A DNA stretch of 56,482 nucleotides from Candidatus Nealsonbacteria bacterium (GTDB lineage: Bacteria; Patescibacteriota; Minisyncoccia; Minisyncoccales; GWA2-46-15). This document shows, one piece after another, positions 26,515-33,857 of this stretch. Position 1 is the stretch's first letter, and each line of letters begins with the position of its first letter. The notes beneath the pieces were generated by a model. That model had not been told where the DNA came from. It did no database searches and was given only the letters and a program-made list of their open reading frames with translations. The stretch lies in NCBI GenBank assembly GCA_016207115.1, contig JACQQI010000007.1, positions 1-56,482 of the forward strand. The letters are read 5' to 3'. The position numbers were made by a program, and so were the translations under genes.

Positions 26515-27561
26515 ATGTCGCTGAACGAGAAGCTGAAAAAATTCCTGCCCGGGTTGAGAGAAAAAGTTTTGCTCAAGGATTACGCCACTTTCCGGATCGG
26601 GGGACCGGCCGATTTTTTTTATCCGGCCGACAAAGAGGAGGATTTCTTGAAAGCGGTGAAAGTTTCCCGGGAACTGGAAGTTCCCTTTTTTATTTTAGGC
26701 AAGGGGTCGAATGTCCTCTTTGCCGACGAAGGTTTTCGCGGCTTGATTATCCGCAACAATGTCACGGGCATGAAGCTCGTGCGCCGACTCAAGTCCGGAA
26801 GCAAAAAAGAAAGAGAGGGGAGCGCTCATTATGCGCCCGCCCATCCGCAAAAATATTTGCAGTTCGCCGATCTGGACTATGCCCAAGAGCCTTTCGACAC
26901 CGAAATCGAAGTTCACTCGGGCACGTCCCTGCAGCATTTAATTCAATGGCTGCTGGAGAATGGCCTCTGCGGCCTGCAGTGGTTCGCCGGCATCCCGGGA
27001 TCAATCGGCGGCGGAGTCATCTACAACATTCACGGCGGGACCAAGCTTTTATCCGACTACATCAAAGACGTCACGGTCTTGGACGTTCGCAACCATCTCC
27101 GGAAAATTAAAAAAGAAGAAACTAATTTTGCCTACGACTTCAGCCAGATCCAGAAAGAAAAAGCTATCGTTTTGAAAACCAGCCTGCTGTTTTCCCGCGG
27201 CGATTTGGGAAAAGCCAAGTTCGTCTACCGAGAGTGGTTCAGAAGAAAACTGAAAGTCCAGCCGCAAACCAATTGCCCCGGATCCGTTTTTAAAAACTTT
27301 TCTCCGGCCCAAGCTAAAAAAGTCGGCGCGCCCACTCCATCGGCCGGCTGGTTCATCGATCAGTGCCGTCTCAAGGGTAAAACTGTCGGTGGCGTGCAAG
27401 TTTCGGAGAAACACGCCAATTTTATCGTCAATCTGGGCTCGGGGAAGTCCGGCGACGTCCGAAAACTGATCAAAATCATCAAAGGAAAAGTGAAAAAAAA
27501 GTTTGGCTTGGCGCTGCGCGAGGAAATTTTAATTTTGCCGCCGAGAAAAAAACTTTTTTAG
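26515..27561 (+). CDS. murB: UDP-N-acetylenolpyruvoylglucosamine reductase
   Basis: 'LLKDYATFRIGGPADFFY', 'FFILGKGSNVLFADEGFRGLIIRN', 'GIPGSIGGGVIYN', 'PGSVFKN'. Confidence 0.85.
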   Translation: MSLNEKLKKFLPGLREKVLLKDYATFRIGGPADFFYPADKEEDFLKAVKVSRELEVPFFILGKGSNVLFADEGFRGLIIRNNVTGMKLVRRLKSGSKKEREGSAHYAPAHPQKYLQFADLDYAQEPFDTEIEVHSGTSLQHLIQWLLENGLCGLQWFAGIPGSIGGGVIYNIHGGTKLLSDYIKDVTVLDVRNHLRKIKKEETNFAYDFSQIQKEKAIVLKTSLLFSRGDLGKAKFVYREWFRRKLKVQPQTNCPGSVFKNFSPAQAKKVGAPTPSAGWFIDQCRLKGKTVGGVQVSEKHANFIVNLGSGKSGDVRKLIKIIKGKVKKKFGLALREEILILPPRKKLF

Positions 27562-27572
27562 TTTTCCACACC

Positions 27573-27600
27573 TTGACAGCATCTCTCGAAGTGAAATAAT
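27573..27600 (+). promoter_or_regulatory. Putative promoter of the polyamine operon leader
   Basis: TTGACA, 16 nt spacer, AATAAT. Confidence 0.45.
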
Positions 27601-27733
27601 GAATTAATCAAAAAAATTCCCTGAAAATTTTTCAAGGATCTTTAAAAAAACAAATAGTTGTCGACTATTTGCGCAGAAAAATTCTGATTCTCTGTCCCAG
27701 GAATCATCGGTAGAGAATCGGGACCAAAAAGAA

Positions 27734-27769
27734 ATGGCCAAGAAGAAAGCCAAGAAGAAAAAGAAATAG
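27734..27769 (+). CDS. Candidate leader mini-ORF encoding MAKKKAKKKKK
   Basis: atg gcc aag aag aaa gcc aag aag aaa aag aaa tag. The stop lies 7 nt (27770-27776) before the terminator stem. No clear Shine-Dalgarno. Confidence 0.25.
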   Translation: MAKKKAKKKKK

Positions 27770-27776
27770 CACTTAA

Positions 27777-27808
27777 CAATCCCGCAACATTTCTTGCGGG
27801 ATTGTTTT
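27777..27808 (+). terminator. Intrinsic terminator/attenuator in the speH leader
   Basis: Perfect 11-bp stem caatcccgcaa / ttgcgggattg, 6-nt loop, then tttt. It ends 7 nt before the ATG at 27815. Confidence 0.65.
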
Positions 27809-27814
27809 CGCAAG

Positions 27815-28255
27815 ATGATCACCCAAAGATTTCATTACATTTTTGACGCTTGGGGCCTGGCGCCCAAAAATCTGAACAGCAAGAAATTGGTGGGTTCTTT
27901 GCTCCGGGACGTTTCCAAGATTTGCAAAATGAGAATCATCGGCGGTCCCTTGGTGGTTCAGGGCATGGATTACAATCCGGGCATTTCCGGTTTTTGCATC
28001 ATTGATTTTTCCCACATCTCCATTCACACTTTTTCCGGCCCGGGCGAAGTTTGCGTGGACATCTTCTCTTGCAAACCTTTCAATCCGGAAGAGGTGAAAA
28101 AATATCTTTTGAAAAAACTAAAAGCGGACGAAAAGAAACTGACTTTTTTCCAGGTTTCCTATCCCGCGGCGCGCAAGATTTCCTCGGCCAACATCGCTTT
28201 CGCCGGCGTCGCCAATCGGAAAGCCCCGGCGACCAGCGTCGTCAGAGAGGCCTAG
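27815..28255 (+). CDS. speH: S-adenosylmethionine decarboxylase proenzyme (small pyruvoyl type)
   Basis: 'GFCIIDFSHISIHTFSGPGEVCVDIFSCKPF' matches the '..(E)SH(L/I)SIHTWPE...D(V/I)F(T/S)C' self-processing region. ATG at 27815 used rather than TTG at 27794. Confidence 0.8.
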   Translation: MITQRFHYIFDAWGLAPKNLNSKKLVGSLLRDVSKICKMRIIGGPLVVQGMDYNPGISGFCIIDFSHISIHTFSGPGEVCVDIFSCKPFNPEEVKKYLLKKLKADEKKLTFFQVSYPAARKISSANIAFAGVANRKAPATSVVREA

Positions 28256-28341
28256 CGCCTTGCGAATTTTCATCATTGGGCTATGATAACTGCGGTTGGG
28301 ATTTCTCACCGCAGTTTTAAATAAAAACATTTAATTTTCAT

Positions 28342-30561
28342 ATGGAAAAAGAACCGGGAAAAGAAAAGTTTCTTTTGGGGAAGAGAATTGTTCCCCGGAA
28401 GCTCAAGAAAAAAAACAGCGTCACCGAACTGGTCAATAATCATTTTCAGGCCTACAACGCCGCCCGGCTTCAGGAGTCTTGTCGGCTTTTGGCGGAAAAA
28501 ATGCTCGACCCCAAAAGGGAAGTGACCATCGGCATCACCCTGGCCGGCGCTCTGACTCCGGCCGGCATTTCCGGAATGATCGTTTCCATGATGGAACACG
28601 GTTTTATCGATTTTATCGTTTCCACCGGAGCCAATCTCTACCACGACACCCATTTTGCTCTGAATTACCCTTTACACAAAGGCACTTGGCAGACCGACGA
28701 CACCGTTCTCTGGAACCACGGCGTCATCAGAATTTATGACATTTTTTTAACCACCGACACCCTTTTAAACACCGATAAGTGGACGCAAAAAGTGCTTTTG
28801 GAAAAAGGAGCGCCGCGCGGCGTCATCACCACGAGTGAATTCCATCATTATCTAGGCCAGAAGCTGCTTCGGGACGCTCCCCATCCGGAAATCTCCATTC
28901 TCGCCCAGGCGGCGAAATTTAATGTTCCGGTTTACACCTCTTCTCCGGGGGATTCCACCTACGGCATGGATTTGGCGAATTTTAACAAGGCCCGCAACAA
29001 AGAATTTTCTAGGAAAGGGTCTATCAATCTTCACATCAATCCTAATTGGGACGTCGTCGAAACGGCGGCCATTGTTTTGGGCGCCAAAGAAAACGGGGTG
29101 ATTCTTTTGGGCGGAGGTTCGCCCAAGAATTTTTATTTGCAGACCCAGCCTTATTTATGGGAATGCCTGGGTATTGAAAAAGGCGGCCACGACTACTTCA
29201 TCCAAATCACGATGGATTCTCCCCAGTGGGGCGGGCTTTGTTTCAGCGGGTTTTCGAATATCATTTTAGCTGGTGATAAGATAAAAAAGGCTAAAGATGT
29301 GAAAGTTGGCGATAAAATTCTGACGATCGATGACAAAAATAATGTAGTAACTACGGAGGTAAAGAAGATTTTCAAGAGAAAGATTAATGAGGGAGAAAGA
29401 CTTTATATTATTAAGGCGGAGGATTCGCGCGTGCAATGCGGTGACTGTGGAGTGACCACGGGAAAAAAATCAGGGCACAAGGTAAAATTAACAGTTACAG
29501 AGGACCATTTAATATTTACGGATAGGGGATGGGTGAAAGCAAAGGATTTGGCCAAGAATGATAAAATTCTAAAGATCACGCAATACGACAAAATCGCATT
29601 CGACAGAGCGAATAAAATTCCGCTCCATCTTCGCAATTATTGTTTTGAACCAGGAGAGAAAAATCCTTTTTTTGGTAAAATCGGGGCACAAAATCCATTT
29701 TTCGGCAGGACACACTCTGAGTCAGTAAAACAATATCTTTCTGCCCTTAGGACCGGTAAAACCTGGGAAGAGTTAATAGGTAAAAAAAGAGCTGAGGCGT
29801 TGAAGAGTAAATACCGTGAAATAATGAAGGGTGATAAAAATCCAGCTTGGGCTGGAGGCATTTCTTGGGAACCATACGCTGAAGAGTTTTTTATGATAAG
29901 GAGTGTGGTTTTGGAGCGCGATAATTCCAGTTGTAAATTGTGTGGCATAACCGAAAAGGAAAGTTACGAAAAACACAACCAGCACCTCCACGTTCATCAT
30001 ATGGATTTTGACAAAAAAAATAATTCGCTGAAAAATCTTGTAAGCCTTTGCGTATCATGTCACGGTAAAGCAAATTTCCCGAAATATAGAGAAGAATGGA
30101 ATCAAAAATTAGTAGCCATATCGGCAAAAACCACTGGAAACGAGCTTGCTGACTGCCCAGAATTTCTGCCCATAAAAGAAATTATCGTTTATAAAAGCAG
30201 AAAACAGATCACGGGTTGTCTTCATGGGGAAGAAGTTTATGATTTTATGTGTTATCCATACCACAACTTCTTCTCTGATTGGATCTTGATTCATAATAGT
30301 GGGGCGACACCGCAGGAAGCGGTTTCCTGGGGCAAAATCAACCCCGATGAATTGAAAAACACGGTCGTCGTCTACAGCGACACCACCATCGCTTCGCCGA
30401 TTCTTTTCAGCTACGCTTTTGAAAACGCCCGGCCCAGAAAAAGAAAAGAGCTCTACAAAAAACTCGCTAAGCTGGTCTATAACTTAGAAAAAGAGGTCAA
30501 AAACAAGGCGGTCACCTGGACGGCCGACGCTCTCTATGAAAAACACAAGCACCAAAAATAA
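28342..30561 (+). CDS. Deoxyhypusine synthase-like (DHS/homospermidine-synthase family) protein interrupted by an intein
   Basis: Exteins: 'GITLAGALTPAGISGMIV', 'STGANLYHD', 'LLGGGSPKNFYLQTQP', 'SGATPQEAVSWGKI'. 739 aa in total, of which 353 are intein. Confidence 0.8.
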   Translation: MEKEPGKEKFLLGKRIVPRKLKKKNSVTELVNNHFQAYNAARLQESCRLLAEKMLDPKREVTIGITLAGALTPAGISGMIVSMMEHGFIDFIVSTGANLYHDTHFALNYPLHKGTWQTDDTVLWNHGVIRIYDIFLTTDTLLNTDKWTQKVLLEKGAPRGVITTSEFHHYLGQKLLRDAPHPEISILAQAAKFNVPVYTSSPGDSTYGMDLANFNKARNKEFSRKGSINLHINPNWDVVETAAIVLGAKENGVILLGGGSPKNFYLQTQPYLWECLGIEKGGHDYFIQITMDSPQWGGLCFSGFSNIILAGDKIKKAKDVKVGDKILTIDDKNNVVTTEVKKIFKRKINEGERLYIIKAEDSRVQCGDCGVTTGKKSGHKVKLTVTEDHLIFTDRGWVKAKDLAKNDKILKITQYDKIAFDRANKIPLHLRNYCFEPGEKNPFFGKIGAQNPFFGRTHSESVKQYLSALRTGKTWEELIGKKRAEALKSKYREIMKGDKNPAWAGGISWEPYAEEFFMIRSVVLERDNSSCKLCGITEKESYEKHNQHLHVHHMDFDKKNNSLKNLVSLCVSCHGKANFPKYREEWNQKLVAISAKTTGNELADCPEFLPIKEIIVYKSRKQITGCLHGEEVYDFMCYPYHNFFSDWILIHNSGATPQEAVSWGKINPDELKNTVVVYSDTTIASPILFSYAFENARPRKRKELYKKLAKLVYNLEKEVKNKAVTWTADALYEKHKHQK
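29239..30297 (+). mobile_element. Intein (353 codons) with NUMOD3-like motifs and an HNH homing-endonuclease domain
   Basis: Starts with Cys ('CFSGFSNIILAG'). Block B is 'VTEDHLIFT'. 'NPFFGK'/'NPFFGR' motifs. 'CKLCG...HVHHMDFDKKNNSLKNLVSLCVSCHGKAN'. Ends 'ILIHN' followed by +1 Ser. Confidence 0.8.
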
Positions 30562-31420
30562 GCCGCCCGATTATCCGCAGCTCGAGCCCTTGAATTTCGG
30601 TGGCATGGCTGAACAGGATTACCGCAAGGCCAAGGTGGTGATTTTTCCCGTACCCTACGACGCCACGACTTATTACAAGCCCGGCACCAAGGAGGGTCCA
30701 CGGGCCATCATCGAAGCTTCGCGCCACATGGAAGTCTACGACGCGGACTCTAAGCGGTCCCTGAAAGACACGGATGTTTTCACCCTGCCCGAGTTGGAGC
30801 CCTCTAAAAATTCTCCCGGCGAAACGGTTCAGAGAATCGAGAAGGTTGTCTCTCAGCTGATCGCCGCCAAAAAGAAGCCTTTGATGTTAGGCGGAGAGCA
30901 TTCCATCACTCTGGGAGCGGTTCGGGCCTTCCAAAAGGCCCGGGCAGACTTTTCGGTCCTGCAATTAGACGCTCACACCGATCTGAGAGACGTTTTCGAG
31001 GGCACCAAATATCACCACGCTTGCGTCATGCGCCGCGTTCGGGAAGTTAATCCGGCCTTGGTGCAGGCGGGCATCCGCAGCCTCTGCCAGGAGGAAGCCG
31101 ACTACATCAGCAAAAAGAAAATCCAGAACATCTTTTTTGCGCCGGGCTTGCCGACAGAAGAAATCATTTCTTCCCTCAAAAAGAATGTCTATCTGACCCT
31201 GGACATCGACGCCCTCGATCCTTCAATTATGCCCTCGACCGGCACGCCCGAGCCGGGGGGCCTGGGCTGGTACGAAACGATTGAGTTTTTGCACCGTCTT
31301 TCCCAAAAGAGACAGATCATCGGCGCTGATTTGGTGGAGCTGTCTCCCATTCCGGGCTTGATCGCGCCCGACTTTCTGGCCGCTAAACTCGCTTATAAAA
31401 TAATAAATTGTCTCATTTAA
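30536..31420 (+). CDS. speB: Agmatinase / ureohydrolase family
   Basis: 'MLGGEHSITLG', 'LQLDAHTDLRD', 'LTLDIDALDPSIMPSTGTPEPGGL'. Overlaps the DHS gene by 26 nt. Confidence 0.8.
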   Translation: MKNTSTKNKPPDYPQLEPLNFGGMAEQDYRKAKVVIFPVPYDATTYYKPGTKEGPRAIIEASRHMEVYDADSKRSLKDTDVFTLPELEPSKNSPGETVQRIEKVVSQLIAAKKKPLMLGGEHSITLGAVRAFQKARADFSVLQLDAHTDLRDVFEGTKYHHACVMRRVREVNPALVQAGIRSLCQEEADYISKKKIQNIFFAPGLPTEEIISSLKKNVYLTLDIDALDPSIMPSTGTPEPGGLGWYETIEFLHRLSQKRQIIGADLVELSPIPGLIAPDFLAAKLAYKIINCLI

Positions 31421-31424
31421 AACC

Positions 31425-31958
31425 ATGCTTATCCAAACAAAACCTCTGCCTCGAGTTTTAACCTTCGGCGAAGCGAAATACTACATTTTCTCCTTCGTCT
31501 TTACGGGGTTGGCCGTTTTCACCCCCTGGCTGACGCACCAGTTTCATCTGGCGGGGCAGATCTTTTTGCCGATGCACATCTTCGTTTTGACCGCCGGATT
31601 TCTCTTCGGCTGGAGAGCGGGATTGATGGTGGGAGTCCTGAGTCCTCTGTCGAGCTATCTTCTGACGCAGATGCCGGTCGCGGCCTTATTACCCCAGGTC
31701 ATTTTGGAGCTGGCGGTCTACGGAGTCGTCATCGGTTTGTCGAGGGAGAAAAATCTGAACGTCTGGGTCTCGTTGTTTTCGGCCATGGTCTTAGGGAGGC
31801 TGGCGAGAGTTTTATTCATCTCTCTTTTCGTTCCGGGCCTGAATGCCCTGCAATTCATCAGCCTCAGCCTACCCGGCATCGTTTTACAGATCGCCCTGAT
31901 TCCCTTGATCATTCGCTTGACCCGAGAATTTATTCCGGAAGAGGATAATGCAGAGTAA
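31425..31958 (+). CDS. Polytopic membrane protein, ECF-transporter S-component-like
   Basis: About 5-6 hydrophobic helices. Starts 4 nt after the speB stop. Family assignment is tentative. Confidence 0.45.
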   Translation: MLIQTKPLPRVLTFGEAKYYIFSFVFTGLAVFTPWLTHQFHLAGQIFLPMHIFVLTAGFLFGWRAGLMVGVLSPLSSYLLTQMPVAALLPQVILELAVYGVVIGLSREKNLNVWVSLFSAMVLGRLARVLFISLFVPGLNALQFISLSLPGIVLQIALIPLIIRLTREFIPEEDNAE

Positions 31959-32340
31959 ATTTGAGAAATTCGCCCGCAGCGATTTTGCTTTAGAGATCAG
32001 GGAGCGGGGGAAAATCGTTTTCCGGTCTAAAAAAGACGGCGTCGGCGGTCTGTTGGCTTTCGTCAAAAAGCGCGGCCGACGCCACCGAGATCTGGTCGTT
32101 TTTGACGAAGTTGTCGGCCGAGCCGCCGCTTTGCTTTTCGTCTATTTGGGAGCCAAAGAAGTTTATGGGCTCAGAGGGAGCGAATCGGCAAGCCGGACCT
32201 TGCGCCAATTCAAAATCAAATTCTCTTTCAGTCAAACGATCAAGAACGTTTTGAATAAAGATAAAACCGGCCCCTGCCCGCTGGAAATTCTTTCCCGGGC
32301 AAAAACCCCGGCCGAGCTGTATAATTCCTTGAAAGGATGA
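31948..32340 (+). CDS. DUF1893 (TM1506-like) family protein
   Basis: 'VFDEVVGRAAALLFVYLGAKEVYG', 'IKNVLNKDKTGPCPLE'. Overlaps the upstream gene by 11 nt. Confidence 0.5.
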   Translation: MQSKFEKFARSDFALEIRERGKIVFRSKKDGVGGLLAFVKKRGRRHRDLVVFDEVVGRAAALLFVYLGAKEVYGLRGSESASRTLRQFKIKFSFSQTIKNVLNKDKTGPCPLEILSRAKTPAELYNSLKG

Positions 32341-32376
32341 TCTCTGTCGGCTGTCCGCAGAGACAAAAAAGTTTTT
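32341..32376 (+). terminator. Terminator closing the polyamine operon
   Basis: tctctg(t)cgg-ctgt-ccgcagaga followed by caaaaaagttttt. Confidence 0.6.
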
Positions 32377-32384
32377 ACCAAATA

Positions 32385-32412
32385 TTGACTTTTCGGCTAT
32401 TTTTGTTATAAT
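32385..32412 (+). promoter_or_regulatory. Sigma-70-type promoter of GNAT gene 1
   Basis: TTGACT, 16 nt spacer, TATAAT. GAGGAGG lies 6 nt before the ATG at 32462. Confidence 0.55.
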
Positions 32413-32461
32413 ATAGGATCGTACGTTCGACAACCGAATCGACAGAACAGAGGAGGTCGCG

Positions 32462-32962
32462 ATGAAAGCCACAGTGAGAGAAATGAGGGATGACGAAGAA
32501 AGGTTTTGTCGGGAAGCGGAGAGGCAACTGCTCTATCCGTTCCTGACCAGGCGACAGATGAAGTTGTGGTCCGAGGGCGAATGGCCTTTTATGACCCAGT
32601 GGGTCCTGGCGGACGAAGACCAGATCATTGGTCGAGCCACTTTCTGGGTTCATGATTGCCTCAAGCCCCGTCGGCGCGGCGGCTTGCCCATCACAATTCT
32701 CAGTCTCGACGGGATCTTCATCGCCCCGGAGAATCAACACCGTGGACTGGGCGCCAAGCTCTTCAAAAAGGCGCTGCGCCTGGCCAGAGAGGAATTGCTC
32801 AAAGAGGGACTGGGGGTCGGTGGTCTCTGGATCGAGACCGCTGAAGCCCGCGGCTTCTACGAGAGGGTCATTCCTCAGATTCTCGCGGGTCGTGGATTGT
32901 GCCAGCAATCGACGATCGACATCGGTGCCACCACGCTGGATCTATTTCATCTCTCATTTTAA
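32462..32962 (+). CDS. GNAT-family N-acetyltransferase
   Basis: Motif A 'IFIAPENQHRGLGAKLFKKALRLA'. Confidence 0.7.
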   Translation: MKATVREMRDDEERFCREAERQLLYPFLTRRQMKLWSEGEWPFMTQWVLADEDQIIGRATFWVHDCLKPRRRGGLPITILSLDGIFIAPENQHRGLGAKLFKKALRLAREELLKEGLGVGGLWIETAEARGFYERVIPQILAGRGLCQQSTIDIGATTLDLFHLSF

Positions 32963-32971
32963 CCCAAAGGG

Positions 32972-33001
32972 GCCAGGTTTACCTGGCTCTTTTGCTTTTT
33001 T
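32972..33001 (+). terminator. Rho-independent terminator
   Basis: gccagg-ttta-cctggc followed by tcttttgctttttt. Confidence 0.65.
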
Positions 33002-33166
33002 CAAACCGAAAGAATCTTTTTGATCTGATTTTTTACGAAACCATTAGACACGAGACAGGCGAGCTTCGGCTGATTTACCGTGCGCTCCGCGGGGGAACGT
33101 TTTTGGTTACCCCTTTACAAATATGGACAAAAATGATTTAAGGATAACGAAAAGAGGAGGTGCGCC

Positions 33167-33754
33167 GTGAAAGCTATCAAGATTGTGCGAGTGGATCCGC
33201 ACAACGGGACACAAATCAAACAAGTGCTCCGCATAGAAAAAGATGGATTCACCGGGGATGATCCCCCCGAAAAGGATCCTCGCGTTATCCGCTTCCTGGC
33301 GAGAAACGGATGGGTTTTCTTGCTTTACGTTGGCGGAGAACCGGCCGGCATGATTGAGCTGCTGTCTCTGGAAGAGCTCGGTGCGGGCTTGATCGCCAGT
33401 CCAGATTCGCCGCTGGACATTGTCAGCGCGAACCGTAATCGGCTTTTCGGGAACGCCTTGCAGCCGTTCCCGCGGAGGGTGGTCTATCATCACGGGATCG
33501 CCTTCCTGCCGGAGTTTCGGACCGGCGGCTACGCGAAACGATTGCTTCGCCACGCCCTGGAGGCGGTGGCGGATAAAACCGTAATCTGTTTCATCGAAGC
33601 CGGTCGGCGAAGTCGGGGCAAAAAGCATTGGACGATCAATGAAGAATCGTTACAAATGCATTTGCGCGCCGGCTTCCGCGTCACGGCTCTGGTGGAGCCG
33701 CCAGTCTATGACGCAGAAACAATGTACTTTGCTTGCGTGAGAGAGTCAGCTTAA
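33167..33754 (+). CDS. GNAT-family N-acetyltransferase (divergent)
   Basis: GTG start preceded by AGGAGG. 'HHGIAFLPEFRTGGYAKRLLRHALEAV'. Confidence 0.65.
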   Translation: MKAIKIVRVDPHNGTQIKQVLRIEKDGFTGDDPPEKDPRVIRFLARNGWVFLLYVGGEPAGMIELLSLEELGAGLIASPDSPLDIVSANRNRLFGNALQPFPRRVVYHHGIAFLPEFRTGGYAKRLLRHALEAVADKTVICFIEAGRRSRGKKHWTINEESLQMHLRAGFRVTALVEPPVYDAETMYFACVRESA

Positions 33755-33774
33755 CGGCTGACTCTTTTACTTTT
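33742..33774 (+). terminator. Rho-independent terminator with the stop codon in its loop
   Basis: 9-bp stem agagtcagc / gctgactct, loop ttaacg, then tttactttt. Confidence 0.65.
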
Positions 33775-33857
33775 CGTAGCGGGCGGTCTGCGCCGCCCGA
33801 TGTATCCTACTCGTTATGGACAGAACCCCGTTTTTGAGATAATTTAGAGAGAGACCT

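Noticed and set aside
26448-27110. A 220-aa + strand ORF overlapping murB in another frame, together with 26960-27175 and the minus-strand ORFs there.
   Set aside because: The murB frame carries the conserved FAD-binding and active-site motifs. The alternative frame is Arg/Ser/Pro-rich noise starting inside the leader hairpin.
27604-27822. A 72-aa minus-strand ORF in the murB-speH intergenic region.
   Set aside because: It is antisense to the A-rich leader and the lysine mini-ORF, so it is Phe-rich. It spans the terminator stem, and no signals support it.
31990-33628. Large minus-strand ORFs at 31990-32472, 32375-32908 and 33107-33628.
   Set aside because: These are shadows of the DUF1893 gene and the two GNAT genes. 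The + frames contain the GNAT motif A (Q/R-x-x-G-x-G/A) and have promoter, Shine-Dalgarno and terminator signals. The minus frames have none of these.
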